Source of the DNA: an uncultured Gammaproteobacteria bacterium
Lineage (GTDB): Bacteria; Patescibacteriota; Microgenomatia; Levybacterales; UBA12049
Direction of reading: 5' to 3'
Assembly (NCBI GenBank): GCA_964497535.1
Contig: CAZCCG010000002.1
Location: 234,972-298,971 of the forward strand
Length of the DNA: 64,000 bases
Part shown: positions 20,769-31,008 of the stretch, piece after piece
Layout of the letters: every line of letters starts with the position of its first letter
Numbering within the stretch: the stretch's first letter is position 1
Position numbers and translations under genes: made by a program
The notes under the pieces: generated by a model
What the model saw: the letters and a program-made list of their open reading frames with translations, nothing else
Database searches by the model: none
Told to the model about the DNA's origin: nothing

Positions 20769-21745
20769 TGATTCTTATGACCATTGATATGCCACTTCCA
20801 GGCTGTTTGTACAATAGTCTCAATATCTGAATGAGCAGGAGCAAATCCCAGTTCATTTTTAATCTTAGTAGAATCAGCAATTAATGTATCAGCATCGCCG
20901 GGACGTCTGGATACTATCTTTACAGTAAGCTTTTGTCCAGTAACCCGTTCTACTGTATCAATTACTTCTTTATTGGAATAACCATTTCCTGTCCCTACGT
21001 TGTAGATAAATGATCCCTGGTCTTTATCAATCTTACCCAAAGCGAGAATATGTGCTTCTACCAAATCTAATACATGGATATAATCCCGAACGCATGTTCC
21101 GTCTTTTGTTTTATAATCATCACCATATAACGTGAAATCAGATTTATTCAAGATTGACCGAATAATACTTGGGATTAAATGAGATTCCGGCTCATGGTCT
21201 TCACCCATTGAACCGTCAAGTGCGGCTCCTGCAGCATTGAAATATCTCAGACATACGGAGTTTATTCCATGTATATCCCCATACCAACGAAGAATTTGTT
21301 CAACCATTAATTTACTTTCACCGTAGGGATTCGTGGGCTTTTTTGAGTGATCTTCAGTAATAGGTATTTTAGTAGGGTTTCCATATACCCCGGCTGTTGA
21401 AGAAAAGATAAATTTCTTAACCCCTTTTTCTTGCATTTTATCCAATAGTTTCACCGAAACCATTGTATTATCAAGAAAATACATACCCGGGTTTTCCATG
21501 GATTCTCCCATCGATATAAAACCGGCAAAGTGAATTACTGCATCAAAATAATGATGACCAAACAAACTCGTGAGGAATTGTTCATCAGAAAGATCCCCAA
21601 CTTCAAGCGGCGCCCGCTTATCAACAAAAGCTCTATGTCCTCGAACCAGACTATCTGCAACGATAACCTGATGCCCCTCATCAAGCAAGCGTTTTACCAT
21701 GAAACTACCAATATATCCGGCTCCTCCTGTTAGAAGTATTTTCAT
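20765..21745 (-). CDS. galE: UDP-glucose 4-epimerase
   Basis: TGGAGYIGS, HFAG..MGES, PYGESK, RYFNAAGA, DGTCVRDYIHV. SD-like GGGAG upstream. Confidence 0.95.
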   Translation of the reverse strand: MKILLTGGAGYIGSFMVKRLLDEGHQVIVADSLVRGHRAFVDKRAPLEVGDLSDEQFLTSLFGHHYFDAVIHFAGFISMGESMENPGMYFLDNTMVSVKLLDKMQEKGVKKFIFSSTAGVYGNPTKIPITEDHSKKPTNPYGESKLMVEQILRWYGDIHGINSVCLRYFNAAGAALDGSMGEDHEPESHLIPSIIRSILNKSDFTLYGDDYKTKDGTCVRDYIHVLDLVEAHILALGKIDKDQGSFIYNVGTGNGYSNKEVIDTVERVTGQKLTVKIVSRRPGDADTLIADSTKIKNELGFAPAHSDIETIVQTAWKWHINGHKNQ

Positions 21746-21766
21746 ATACTCTCCCTCTATTATACC

Positions 21767-22345
21767 TTATTTCGCACAAAAATAAGCAGTCGTACCCAAA
21801 GCTGTCACATAATAAAGGACAGCAATAATAACTGTACCCAAAAGTGTAAGAACAACAACGCGTGTATTTTTTTTCTGGAGAAAATTCCACCACCCATAGG
21901 CAGATATGATAAGAAAGACACCCGTAAGTACTACTCTGGAAAACATATACGAAGCATTGGGAAATAACACTATAACTATCGGTAAAAGAACAATTGCGGT
22001 AAAACTAAATTTAATAGTATTTCTTTTCTCCTGGAGGATGTACCAAAAGGCAAATAAAATACCTACCAGTCCTAGAATTGAGACTAAATCTATAATAAGT
22101 CTAAAATCCCATAACAATATATATTTCTTTATAAGGTCGCTGACCCCAAGAGTAAGTTTATTATGAAAAAAGCGAATAATAACAAAAGGGACACCTTCAT
22201 CATTGTGAATAACATCATCAAGCTGAAGCGCTAGATCAGAGAAAGAGAATGGAGTAATAAATTTAAAATTGCTACAAGCTTTCCACAAAAATTGTGAAAG
22301 CAGCTCAAAACATATAATAAAGGGAATAAATATCTTTTTATTCAT
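21767..22345 (-). CDS. Short membrane protein resembling the C-terminal half of the adjacent GT-C paralogs
   Basis: About 5 TMs. RFFHNK matches RLFHNK in 31009-32688. Start at the ATG overlapping the upstream stop. Confidence 0.6.
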   Translation of the reverse strand: MNKKIFIPFIICFELLSQFLWKACSNFKFITPFSFSDLALQLDDVIHNDEGVPFVIIRFFHNKLTLGVSDLIKKYILLWDFRLIIDLVSILGLVGILFAFWYILQEKRNTIKFSFTAIVLLPIVIVLFPNASYMFSRVVLTGVFLIISAYGWWNFLQKKNTRVVVLTLLGTVIIAVLYYVTALGTTAYFCAK

Positions 22346-23900
22346 AGAGCGTCCAGAATTTAGCAAATGGGTCTTTATTCAAATTCTTGAAATAAACCGT
22401 ATCTATAAGTTTTCCATGGGCTCGGATTGCCGCATTTCGGACCCATAATATCTGTTTTTTATCCAAATTCATGGGAGGTACCCATGTGATCGATACATAT
22501 TCAGGATGGATAGTTTCATCATAGAATTTAACATAAATATCAGAATCTCCCAATGATTGATCAATAACAATGTATTTATATTTATTTTTATACTGTCCAA
22601 TTTTTTGTATTGTTTCTTTATACCCTGCCCCCCAATCCAGACTGTTATTCTTGGGGTAATGGATATAATAAAAATGAAAGTATGACAATACTTCATACAC
22701 AGCACATAACAAAAAGCATACTATTAAGATTTTTCTGATTTTTCCTTTTGACAAAAAGAAAAGATACATCATTGAACAGGATACAAAGATAGTACACGGA
22801 ATAACTGCAAGCAGAAAACGAAGAGAATGAGGACTTGGCTGAGCCAGCGAACCCGGCACAGCAGCAAGAAATAAGAGATAGAAAAGAAGAATACTGTTCT
22901 TATTTGAATTTTTAAGACATACGTAGATTCCAAAAATAAGGAATGGCAATTCCCATATATAGAGCAGCCCAAAATTTGGTATCTGATGTCTCCCAATCCC
23001 GTCTCCCGATATAAATAAAAATTGCATAGAATAGAACGAAATAAAGTTTTTGACATAGACAGCGGGATATACTGTTAGCTTTCGGGTTGTAGATATCTTT
23101 TGATGCTGCGTAAAAGTTGAAGTCTGAGAAAAACGTCGTTGTCCAGCATCGGTAAGACTAAACTGAATCATTGGTAGTGACAGTACAAATGCAATAATAA
23201 ATACAAAAAGAACATTTTTCCATTGTCTCTCCTGCCAAAAAAGGTATCCCATCATATAAAAAAGCGTGAATGGAGTAATAACTCGATATGCAAAATAAGC
23301 GTACATAGCAAGTATCACAAAAAATACTGAGAAAAAAAGAATTGCTATATTTTTACGCTCGGCAAAATATAAGAAAAAGGTTAATCCTACCAGAAAGAAA
23401 AATAATGCAAGCGTTGCCTCAAATCCTCCCCGTGAAAATTGTAAATGCCATGGAGTAATGCTCAAGACAAATGAACTAAGTAACGCCACATATTCTTTCT
23501 TCTGGGTAAGAATATTTTTCTTTTTACCTTTTTTTGTAGACAATAATTTTTCTACAAAAAAGTATAAAGCCAATACCGTTAAAGATCCTGCTATGGCAGA
23601 GGGTAGTCGTACAGCAACTTCAGTTTTGCCAAATACCTTCATAGAAGCCGCAACAGAATAGATATAAAGGGGTAATTTATACTCTCCGAACGCCTTAAAG
23701 AATACCGGATGAGGAACTGAATATTCATCTTTCCCGGTAGTAAGAACTTTGTAGGCATTATATCCAATAGATGCCTCATCAAGATATAATCCGGGAGGAT
23801 TTACGTCAATTTTATAAATACGAAGAAACCCGGCTAACAAAACGATTAGCAATAACAAAATGTACCGATAATGAATAATCTTATTACTTATTTCGTACAT
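22338..23900 (-). CDS. GT-C (ArnT/PMT-like) glycosyltransferase
   Basis: PPGLYLDEASIGYNAY..GKDEY..FGEYK, VRLPSA, PWHLQFSR. Confidence 0.85.
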   Translation of the reverse strand: MYEISNKIIHYRYILLLLIVLLAGFLRIYKIDVNPPGLYLDEASIGYNAYKVLTTGKDEYSVPHPVFFKAFGEYKLPLYIYSVAASMKVFGKTEVAVRLPSAIAGSLTVLALYFFVEKLLSTKKGKKKNILTQKKEYVALLSSFVLSITPWHLQFSRGGFEATLALFFFLVGLTFFLYFAERKNIAILFFSVFFVILAMYAYFAYRVITPFTLFYMMGYLFWQERQWKNVLFVFIIAFVLSLPMIQFSLTDAGQRRFSQTSTFTQHQKISTTRKLTVYPAVYVKNFISFYSMQFLFISGDGIGRHQIPNFGLLYIWELPFLIFGIYVCLKNSNKNSILLFYLLFLAAVPGSLAQPSPHSLRFLLAVIPCTIFVSCSMMYLFFLSKGKIRKILIVCFLLCAVYEVLSYFHFYYIHYPKNNSLDWGAGYKETIQKIGQYKNKYKYIVIDQSLGDSDIYVKFYDETIHPEYVSITWVPPMNLDKKQILWVRNAAIRAHGKLIDTVYFKNLNKDPFAKFWTLYE

Positions 23901-24645
23901 ATTTGATATAACTTACAGGAAACCGCAGTCCTGAGAAAAAAGCGAAAATAAAACCTTGCCAGCCGTCCATAAAACCTTTATGCCTGAAATAAATCAAGAA
24001 AAACCACCAGAACGGCGATACCAGTAAATAGCTGAAGAATGTACCCACATGTATCGTAGGCTCTTTCTCGGCAAGTTGCCGTGCCATAAGACTGGTATAT
24101 CGTTGCCATCTCAGAACATAGCGGGAAAAACTCGGATCTGCAATATGTATTAAAGGATTTTTTAAGTACCCTACTTTACCATCAACAATTGCCTGTTCGT
24201 GAACATCTTTTTGTGGCAATCGTCCTTTCCCCTTCTTATATAACCTGAGGGTATAATCCGGATACTGTCCCCCTTTCATCAAAAATCTTCCAAGGAACCA
24301 ATTTTTACGCGGCATCCAATATCCATTTATCTTTGCATCAGGATGAGCAAGAATATGCTCAATTTCTTTCCCAAGCTCTCTTGATACTCTCTCATCCGCG
24401 TCAAGCTGCAAAATCCAATCAGACATTGCCATATCAATAGCTTTTTGTTTGTTGATATGAAATACGGGAGGGTTATCAGTTATGACAACTTTTGCTCCGT
24501 ATTTTTTGGCAATCTCAACAGTTTTATCGGTTGAAGTCCCATCAACAATTACTATTTCTTTGGCAATATCTTTAATAGAATCCAAACAAACGGGTAGATT
24601 TTTCTCCTCGTTAAATGTGGCCAGCACTACTGATACAGTTTGCAT
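23884..24645 (-). CDS. GT2 glycosyltransferase (WaaE/KdtX-like)
   Basis: NEEKN, VDGTSTD, LDADE, VHE, GFMDGWQG. Confidence 0.9.
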   Translation of the reverse strand: MQTVSVVLATFNEEKNLPVCLDSIKDIAKEIVIVDGTSTDKTVEIAKKYGAKVVITDNPPVFHINKQKAIDMAMSDWILQLDADERVSRELGKEIEHILAHPDAKINGYWMPRKNWFLGRFLMKGGQYPDYTLRLYKKGKGRLPQKDVHEQAIVDGKVGYLKNPLIHIADPSFSRYVLRWQRYTSLMARQLAEKEPTIHVGTFFSYLLVSPFWWFFLIYFRHKGFMDGWQGFIFAFFSGLRFPVSYIKYVRNK

Positions 24646-24665
24646 AAAACTCCCTAAATAGCATG

Positions 24666-26171
24666 TTATCGACCTTGTCTTTTTTCAACAGTAATATTTC
24701 CGGTAAATACTTTATCCCATGTTACAGTTCCTGTTTTAATTACTGTTTCTTTCCATCCTTTTGGAGCTAATGGACGCTCGGGATCAGGTTCGATTATGAG
24801 ATAGAACAATCCATCTTTACTTTTTCCCGGGACATAATTATACATTCGTGTGCCTGCCCACCAAAACAAATATTGATATGCATAATCATATACGGGAGGC
24901 GTATATACGAATACGCTAAACGGCTTTCCTTTTGCATCTTTATAAAGATAATTGATAACATTCATTTCATTTTTAAATATTCCGGTTCCCTGGTCATCAT
25001 ACACTGGAAATGTATGATATGAATTAATGGTAATTACTGCCCACAAAATAAGGAATAGAAAAACACTAGCCTTGAGGAATATATGGAGTCGGGCAATTTG
25101 AGATAACGAATACGCAACAAAAAAGTAATAAGAGACTTGGATGCCTATCCAATACCAAGCCCATGCAGGTCGAGGGAAAAAAATGAATAAGCTATAGTAC
25201 AAAACAGGAGCGATTAAAAACAGAATAAGAATTCTCAAATGGTCTGTTTGTTTTTTTACAATAGTATATGCAGTGTATAAAACACCACTTATCAGAAAAA
25301 GATATGCAATCAATTGATTGTTGGATAAGGCAAATACTGTTGCCCGCAAAACCTCATCCAACCGAAGACTCAACCGTATATTGAAAGGAATAACCGCCCC
25401 CAGACTCTGATTTTTACCTTCAAATAAAGCAACAATTGATTGTGTCATAAGAAACTGATGACGAAGATCAAATAATACTTGTGGAAGAAATAGTACTCCA
25501 TATACGACTCCTCCAATATAAAACCACTTATTCAAAAATGCTTTTCGATCCAAAATCAGGTAGGATACTACCAGAACTGGAAGCATCCATAACCCGTCTG
25601 CAACCTCAAGCTGAGCCATCAGTCCTGCAAAAAACCAAGTGGCAACAAGATATTTTTTATTACCATATATACTTTTGTAAAGAGATATATAGAACAATAT
25701 CATAAGAAATGGAATCCAATGAGGATTCCAAAAATGCTGAGAAAAAGCAATAGAAGCAGGCGCGATAGCAAAAAAAAGTGCTGCAATAATGCCAAATTGC
25801 CGGCTAGCAATTTGTTTACCAAACATATAACAGATAATAACCCCCACTACTCCTAACAGCGCCATAAATACGGTTCCTGAAGCAGGATGGCCATTCCCAA
25901 TGATTGAGGCAATTGCAAGAAGATAATAATGATAGGGACCTTGGAAAACTCCCTGGATACCGGTAAATGGTCCAATGAGTGTTGGTTTATGATCCACAAT
26001 AATTTTATTGACATCTAGAAGATCTCTACCGTGATCAAAAAGGAATGGAAAATTTCCGGTAACAATTGGGGTAAAACGCACTACTGCTGTCAGGATAACC
26101 AATACTAACACAAGGAGATAATCAACCTTATGATTTTTAATTTCTTTTTGGATATGTTTAAATAATTTCAT
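24666..26171 (-). CDS. GT-C glycosyltransferase
   Basis: FLFDHGRD..PTLIGP..GVFQGPYHYY, WNPH, FDLRH. Confidence 0.82.
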   Translation of the reverse strand: MKLFKHIQKEIKNHKVDYLLVLVLVILTAVVRFTPIVTGNFPFLFDHGRDLLDVNKIIVDHKPTLIGPFTGIQGVFQGPYHYYLLAIASIIGNGHPASGTVFMALLGVVGVIICYMFGKQIASRQFGIIAALFFAIAPASIAFSQHFWNPHWIPFLMILFYISLYKSIYGNKKYLVATWFFAGLMAQLEVADGLWMLPVLVVSYLILDRKAFLNKWFYIGGVVYGVLFLPQVLFDLRHQFLMTQSIVALFEGKNQSLGAVIPFNIRLSLRLDEVLRATVFALSNNQLIAYLFLISGVLYTAYTIVKKQTDHLRILILFLIAPVLYYSLFIFFPRPAWAWYWIGIQVSYYFFVAYSLSQIARLHIFLKASVFLFLILWAVITINSYHTFPVYDDQGTGIFKNEMNVINYLYKDAKGKPFSVFVYTPPVYDYAYQYLFWWAGTRMYNYVPGKSKDGLFYLIIEPDPERPLAPKGWKETVIKTGTVTWDKVFTGNITVEKRQGR

Positions 26172-26207
26172 AGTCGAATTGTAAGCAAACCCTGCAATAA
26201 AAGCAAC

Positions 26208-27851
26208 TTACTTTCCAGGTGCAATGACCATAGCAGGTTTACCATTCAAATAATTTATTATTTCTACCGACATAACGTCTTTGGGAAATTCATCAACACT
26301 TCCTACATACAGAGTGTCCTTTTGTGAATCTGCATAGTTAAATGCTTTAAATTCATACTTTGAGAAGGAGTGATTTGATCGTTGTTCCTGTTGATATTTC
26401 AAAGGAGGATATTTAAGATAATAGAGAAAAAAGATATATGATTGATCCAATGGCTGTTTATCCGAGATTATAATATGATTGTATTTGCCTTGGATATTGT
26501 TTACCTGACCAACCACCTGTTGATATCCATACTGCCAGTCCTGTGAGCTAAAGTAATTATACTGGACAAAATATTGCAACATATAATAGATTATATTCCC
26601 TACAATGAGAGTAACGAAAACTGCTCCGATACCTTTTACCACCACTGCTTGCTTCCCTGTGCTTTCTTTTACCCATAGTGCAGTTTGGAATGCTCCCAAA
26701 GCTATAAGAATTTGTACCATGGGAAGAAAATTAAGAACTCTCACGGCATTGGGTACATCCCAGGTTACAGATGAAGCAATTGGGGTAATAAGAATCCAGC
26801 CGAATATGATATATTTTGTCTTCCTATCTACCGTTATAAAAAGCAGCATATATATCCCGATCAAAAGGAAGGGTAATTCAAATAAATAGAGATGGCCCAT
26901 AAAAGGCGGTTGATGTCTTCCAGTCTTATCCCCTACGATAAATAACCAATTTGGGTCAAAGTGGGATAAGTAGTTTCCAATAATAACGGGGATATAAGAA
27001 AGTTTTTGGCTACTGAGTATTTCTCCGATACCATTGCCTTCCTGTTTATTTATAACCTGACGTTTAGCTATCCGCTCAATTGTTGCATTTGGATTATTAA
27101 AAATACTTACTCCTGCAGCTCTTGAAAAAGCATTGGGATTTGAAATAACAAAAAGAAGCATTGGAAGAAGAATAATAATTCCCGACAAAATAACGAATCC
27201 GAGCGTTTTATGGGAGACTTTCAACAATTGTTTCCCATATAGATACAAAAGCAGAACTCCAACAAGAGGAATGAAAATCTTTTCACTCTGATATGCATAA
27301 ATACTGAGTGCAAAAAATATGATAGACGGCAAAAGGAAAACAGATCGCTTGAGACCTTTGAGAAAAAATAGTAATCCAAAAACATTTAAAGATAATCCAA
27401 TATTAGATTCAAATGCCACACGGCTAAACTGAATATGCCAGGGAGATAGGGCCAAAAATAGAGCACTGAACAAAGCCAGAACTTCCCCACGTTTGTATTG
27501 TTTTAAAGGAAATAATTCCTTTACCAAAAAATATGTTGCCAAAACAGTCAAAATGCCAAAGATTGCAGACGGTAAACGTACAGCAGTTGTCGTAAGCCCC
27601 AGTATTTGGACGAAGGGTATTGCTAAATAGGTATATAAAGCAGGTTTGTAATCTCCAAAGGAACGCAAGACTACCGGTAAAAAGGTTCCGTATTCATCTT
27701 TTCCCGTCTGGCTGATTGAATAAGCGTTGTATCCCAGCGATACTTCATCCCAATCAGGAGATATAGGTATGCTACCCAATTGATAGAACCTCAAAATTGC
27801 AGCTATTACAAGAATACATCCCAGAAATAGAACGGTTACCTTTTTATTCAT
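26208..27851 (-). CDS. GT-C (ArnT/PMT-like) glycosyltransferase
   Basis: DWDEVSLGYNAY..GKDEYG..SFGDYKP, PWHIQFSR, WQYGY. Confidence 0.85.
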   Translation of the reverse strand: MNKKVTVLFLGCILVIAAILRFYQLGSIPISPDWDEVSLGYNAYSISQTGKDEYGTFLPVVLRSFGDYKPALYTYLAIPFVQILGLTTTAVRLPSAIFGILTVLATYFLVKELFPLKQYKRGEVLALFSALFLALSPWHIQFSRVAFESNIGLSLNVFGLLFFLKGLKRSVFLLPSIIFFALSIYAYQSEKIFIPLVGVLLLYLYGKQLLKVSHKTLGFVILSGIIILLPMLLFVISNPNAFSRAAGVSIFNNPNATIERIAKRQVINKQEGNGIGEILSSQKLSYIPVIIGNYLSHFDPNWLFIVGDKTGRHQPPFMGHLYLFELPFLLIGIYMLLFITVDRKTKYIIFGWILITPIASSVTWDVPNAVRVLNFLPMVQILIALGAFQTALWVKESTGKQAVVVKGIGAVFVTLIVGNIIYYMLQYFVQYNYFSSQDWQYGYQQVVGQVNNIQGKYNHIIISDKQPLDQSYIFFLYYLKYPPLKYQQEQRSNHSFSKYEFKAFNYADSQKDTLYVGSVDEFPKDVMSVEIINYLNGKPAMVIAPGK

Positions 27852-29472
27852 ATATTATAAGGGTATCTCTTTCATTTTTTAGATCAATTGATTTACGTAT
27901 GTTAACTCCTGCCGATTGTTTGCCTTTTAAATCAACATAGAGATTTTTTCCTGATATTGGAGATGGACTAGAATCAAGGAAATGATACTTCCCTACTTGT
28001 GATACGGTGACGAATCCATAGGTATCGCGCGTTACTTTGGAATCATTCCTCAAGGTTTGAGGATTTAACTTAAGATAAAATAAATAATAGATATAGGGTC
28101 TGCCTAAATAGGAAGAGATATAAATGGTGCGATATTCTCCCTGAACTTTCTGTACATACGCAATTGCTTGTTTGTATCCATATTGCCACTCGGATGCGTA
28201 CTCATTACTATAGTACGTATAATAGTTATACAAAAAATAAAAAACATTTACTGCTAATATCACTCCTATAATCCCACGTATAACTGTTACTTTCTTTTTT
28301 GGAAGCCACGCGGACAATGTATATACCCCATAGGCTATCAGTATTTGGAACATTGGTACTGTTGCCTCTGTACGAAGTGCGTGGGGAGTTTCACGAGCTG
28401 TGGCAGCCGGTATTATACCGATTACAATCCAGATAGGAATCAACCACCAATATCCTTCCCTTTTTCTAAAAAGAACTAGTATGCCGATAAGAAGAAAGGG
28501 TAAATCCCACAGATATAACTGCCCAATATCTTGTGTAGAGAATTTTGGATTCATATCCCCATGAATAAAAAGATAGGTGGGATTGAAATGGTCGAAATAA
28601 TGTTTGAGATATTCAATTGAATATTGTAATCGTCTGTTATAAATAATTTTCGAGTACAATGAATTATTGTCATTTTGTATCTCCTGATTGCTGCGTTCTA
28701 TTACATCAAGATTTGAAAAAATATTAACTTCACGGAATCTTAAGCTTGCTTGTGGAGAAAGGAGAAACCTTACAGTAGGAGCAATAACAATCAACCCCAG
28801 TAAAGCAGCGACTATCACTTGTTTTTTCATAAACCATAATTTTTTATAAAAACCTATTGTCAAAACAAGAAGAAGTATCGGTACGACAATACGAGGAGTA
28901 TTAAAAGTGTAGAGAGATAAAACAAAAAAGAGTGCTGAAATTACGATACTCCATTTGTACCCATTGATGCTTCTCAAAAAAAGCCAGACGCCAGTTACTA
29001 TAAGAAATGTTGCGATATTCGCTTCAAAAGCAGCACGGGATAACATAATATGCCAGGGAGACAATGCTAATATTCCCGCTGCAATCAACCCTAGATATTT
29101 CCGTTTTCTTTTTTCTATCTTTGGGAATAACTCCTGCATGAGGAAAAATGTAATCAAAACTGTTAACGTACCAAAAAACGCTGAAGGAAATCGTACGGCA
29201 AATTCTGTCAAACCAAACAACTTAATAGGAATAATATCCAGATACGCATACACCGGCGGTTTAAAATCACCAAACGATTCCAAATAATCATACGGCAGAA
29301 ATCGGCCAAACTCATCTTTTCCATCAATTCCTAACGTATATGCGTTATATCCCCAGGCAACCTCATCCCAGGTAAGAGAAGGAGGTATCGATCCTAATTG
29401 ATAGAACCGGAGCAACCCTGCAACCAAAACAATACCAATCAAAATCCACTTTATTTTGTCCATATAATTCAT
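27844..29472 (-). CDS. GT-C (ArnT/PMT-like) glycosyltransferase
   Basis: TWDEVAWGYNAY..GKDEFG..SFGDFKP, PWHIMLSR, WQYGY. Confidence 0.85.
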   Translation of the reverse strand: MNYMDKIKWILIGIVLVAGLLRFYQLGSIPPSLTWDEVAWGYNAYTLGIDGKDEFGRFLPYDYLESFGDFKPPVYAYLDIIPIKLFGLTEFAVRFPSAFFGTLTVLITFFLMQELFPKIEKRKRKYLGLIAAGILALSPWHIMLSRAAFEANIATFLIVTGVWLFLRSINGYKWSIVISALFFVLSLYTFNTPRIVVPILLLVLTIGFYKKLWFMKKQVIVAALLGLIVIAPTVRFLLSPQASLRFREVNIFSNLDVIERSNQEIQNDNNSLYSKIIYNRRLQYSIEYLKHYFDHFNPTYLFIHGDMNPKFSTQDIGQLYLWDLPFLLIGILVLFRKREGYWWLIPIWIVIGIIPAATARETPHALRTEATVPMFQILIAYGVYTLSAWLPKKKVTVIRGIIGVILAVNVFYFLYNYYTYYSNEYASEWQYGYKQAIAYVQKVQGEYRTIYISSYLGRPYIYYLFYLKLNPQTLRNDSKVTRDTYGFVTVSQVGKYHFLDSSPSPISGKNLYVDLKGKQSAGVNIRKSIDLKNERDTLIIYE

Positions 29473-30956
29473 TTTTTATACCAATTCTGTCCTGAATTAT
29501 AAATTCCTTGAGGCGTTACAGACACCCACTTCTCTTTTTTCAAATTTGGGGGAAGCTTTTGCATATCAATCAACAAAAAACCTCCTTCATATCCCGGTAT
29601 GAGATATTGTTGGAATCTCCCTTTCTCAGAAAGGTCAGCATACCCTACCGCAAATCCTTTATCATTTATCTTGTTTGCTGCATCCAAATATAGTGATAAT
29701 GCCTGACTGTATGCGGAAGTATGAAATTGATAGTCATATATTGAGAACTTTTTGCCGGGATATTTCTTTAGTAAAAACTGCATTTGGGAGTCTGCTTGCT
29801 GGGGATTTACATTAAATGTATCTTTTGATATCTCACCACTATCTCTATATATACTTAGAATTATTATGAAGAGAAACAGCAGAATTCCTATAATTTTTTT
29901 CCACTGATATAGATAAAAAATAACCCAAGCGGTAATAAGAAGTATAAAGACATGAAGGAACACATAAAAGCTATCAAAAAGAGGTGTACGAGTGTATCGT
30001 AGAATTATAAACATAACAGGAACGCTGGTAAAAATAATCAGCCATTCTTTCTCTAGTTTCTTTTTATAAGAAGCATATCCGATAACCAAAATCGAAAGAG
30101 GAAATAATACATAACCCAATGGTAAAAAGCCTCCGATAATTGCCGACCAGGCAGTTGGGATAAATATGCCTATGAAGTTTTTCCAATTCCTACCCAATAC
30201 CTCAAAAGACGCTTTATTTTTCTCAAAAAAGTAATAATAAATCATATTATGGGTATTTTGGAAATTTCTTCCACTGTCTGAATAAAAAACAGGTGTCCAT
30301 GGTAACAAAAGTCCTACTCCTGCCAATAATAATCCCTTTATGCCGGGAAATTGGAAGATAATAATAGCCAAAAGCAACGGCATCAGTGCGATTCCTTGTA
30401 AATGAATCGAAGATGCAATCCCAATACTTAATGCTATGAAGAAAAAGTAACGCAGTTTTTTTGTTTTGATATATAAAACCATACAAAATACTGCAATAAA
30501 CGCAAACAAACTAATCGGCGATTGATTAGATAAATTCGCGGCTTGTGTAATTTGCGCAGTTGAAACTGCAGATAACCCTCCAAGAAGTAGTCCAAATGTT
30601 TTTCCTTTTAATTGAACTCCTAATAGAATCATTCCCACAATAAATAAAACATAGATACCAGTCAGAAATACCCACGGTGCAACTACCCATCCCATATTCC
30701 AAAATGCTCCAGTCATGACAAACCAATACCATTCTCCCCCGGTTTGAAACGGTCCGGCAGAAGAAAAGGGACCTAACAGGGGTAATTGAAATGACTCCAA
30801 AGCATATCGAGCCTCCAAAGCAAAATGAGCTTGATCTCCTCCCAAAACCCATCTATTACTATAGTTGTAAAAACGAAATAATAACCCTAAAAGGGTAATG
30901 ATAAAAGAGCAGAGGAAAAACCAATGTTTTTTAACACGTTTCAAAATCATATCCAT
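29469..30956 (-). CDS. GT-C glycosyltransferase
   Basis: GGDQAHF..PLLGPFSS..GGEWYW. Multi-TM. Confidence 0.8.
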   Translation of the reverse strand: MDMILKRVKKHWFFLCSFIITLLGLLFRFYNYSNRWVLGGDQAHFALEARYALESFQLPLLGPFSSAGPFQTGGEWYWFVMTGAFWNMGWVVAPWVFLTGIYVLFIVGMILLGVQLKGKTFGLLLGGLSAVSTAQITQAANLSNQSPISLFAFIAVFCMVLYIKTKKLRYFFFIALSIGIASSIHLQGIALMPLLLAIIIFQFPGIKGLLLAGVGLLLPWTPVFYSDSGRNFQNTHNMIYYYFFEKNKASFEVLGRNWKNFIGIFIPTAWSAIIGGFLPLGYVLFPLSILVIGYASYKKKLEKEWLIIFTSVPVMFIILRYTRTPLFDSFYVFLHVFILLITAWVIFYLYQWKKIIGILLFLFIIILSIYRDSGEISKDTFNVNPQQADSQMQFLLKKYPGKKFSIYDYQFHTSAYSQALSLYLDAANKINDKGFAVGYADLSEKGRFQQYLIPGYEGGFLLIDMQKLPPNLKKEKWVSVTPQGIYNSGQNWYKK

Positions 30957-31008
30957 GTAAATAAACTCATGATTATTATAGCATTCTTATTTTTAGTATG
31001 GTACTATA

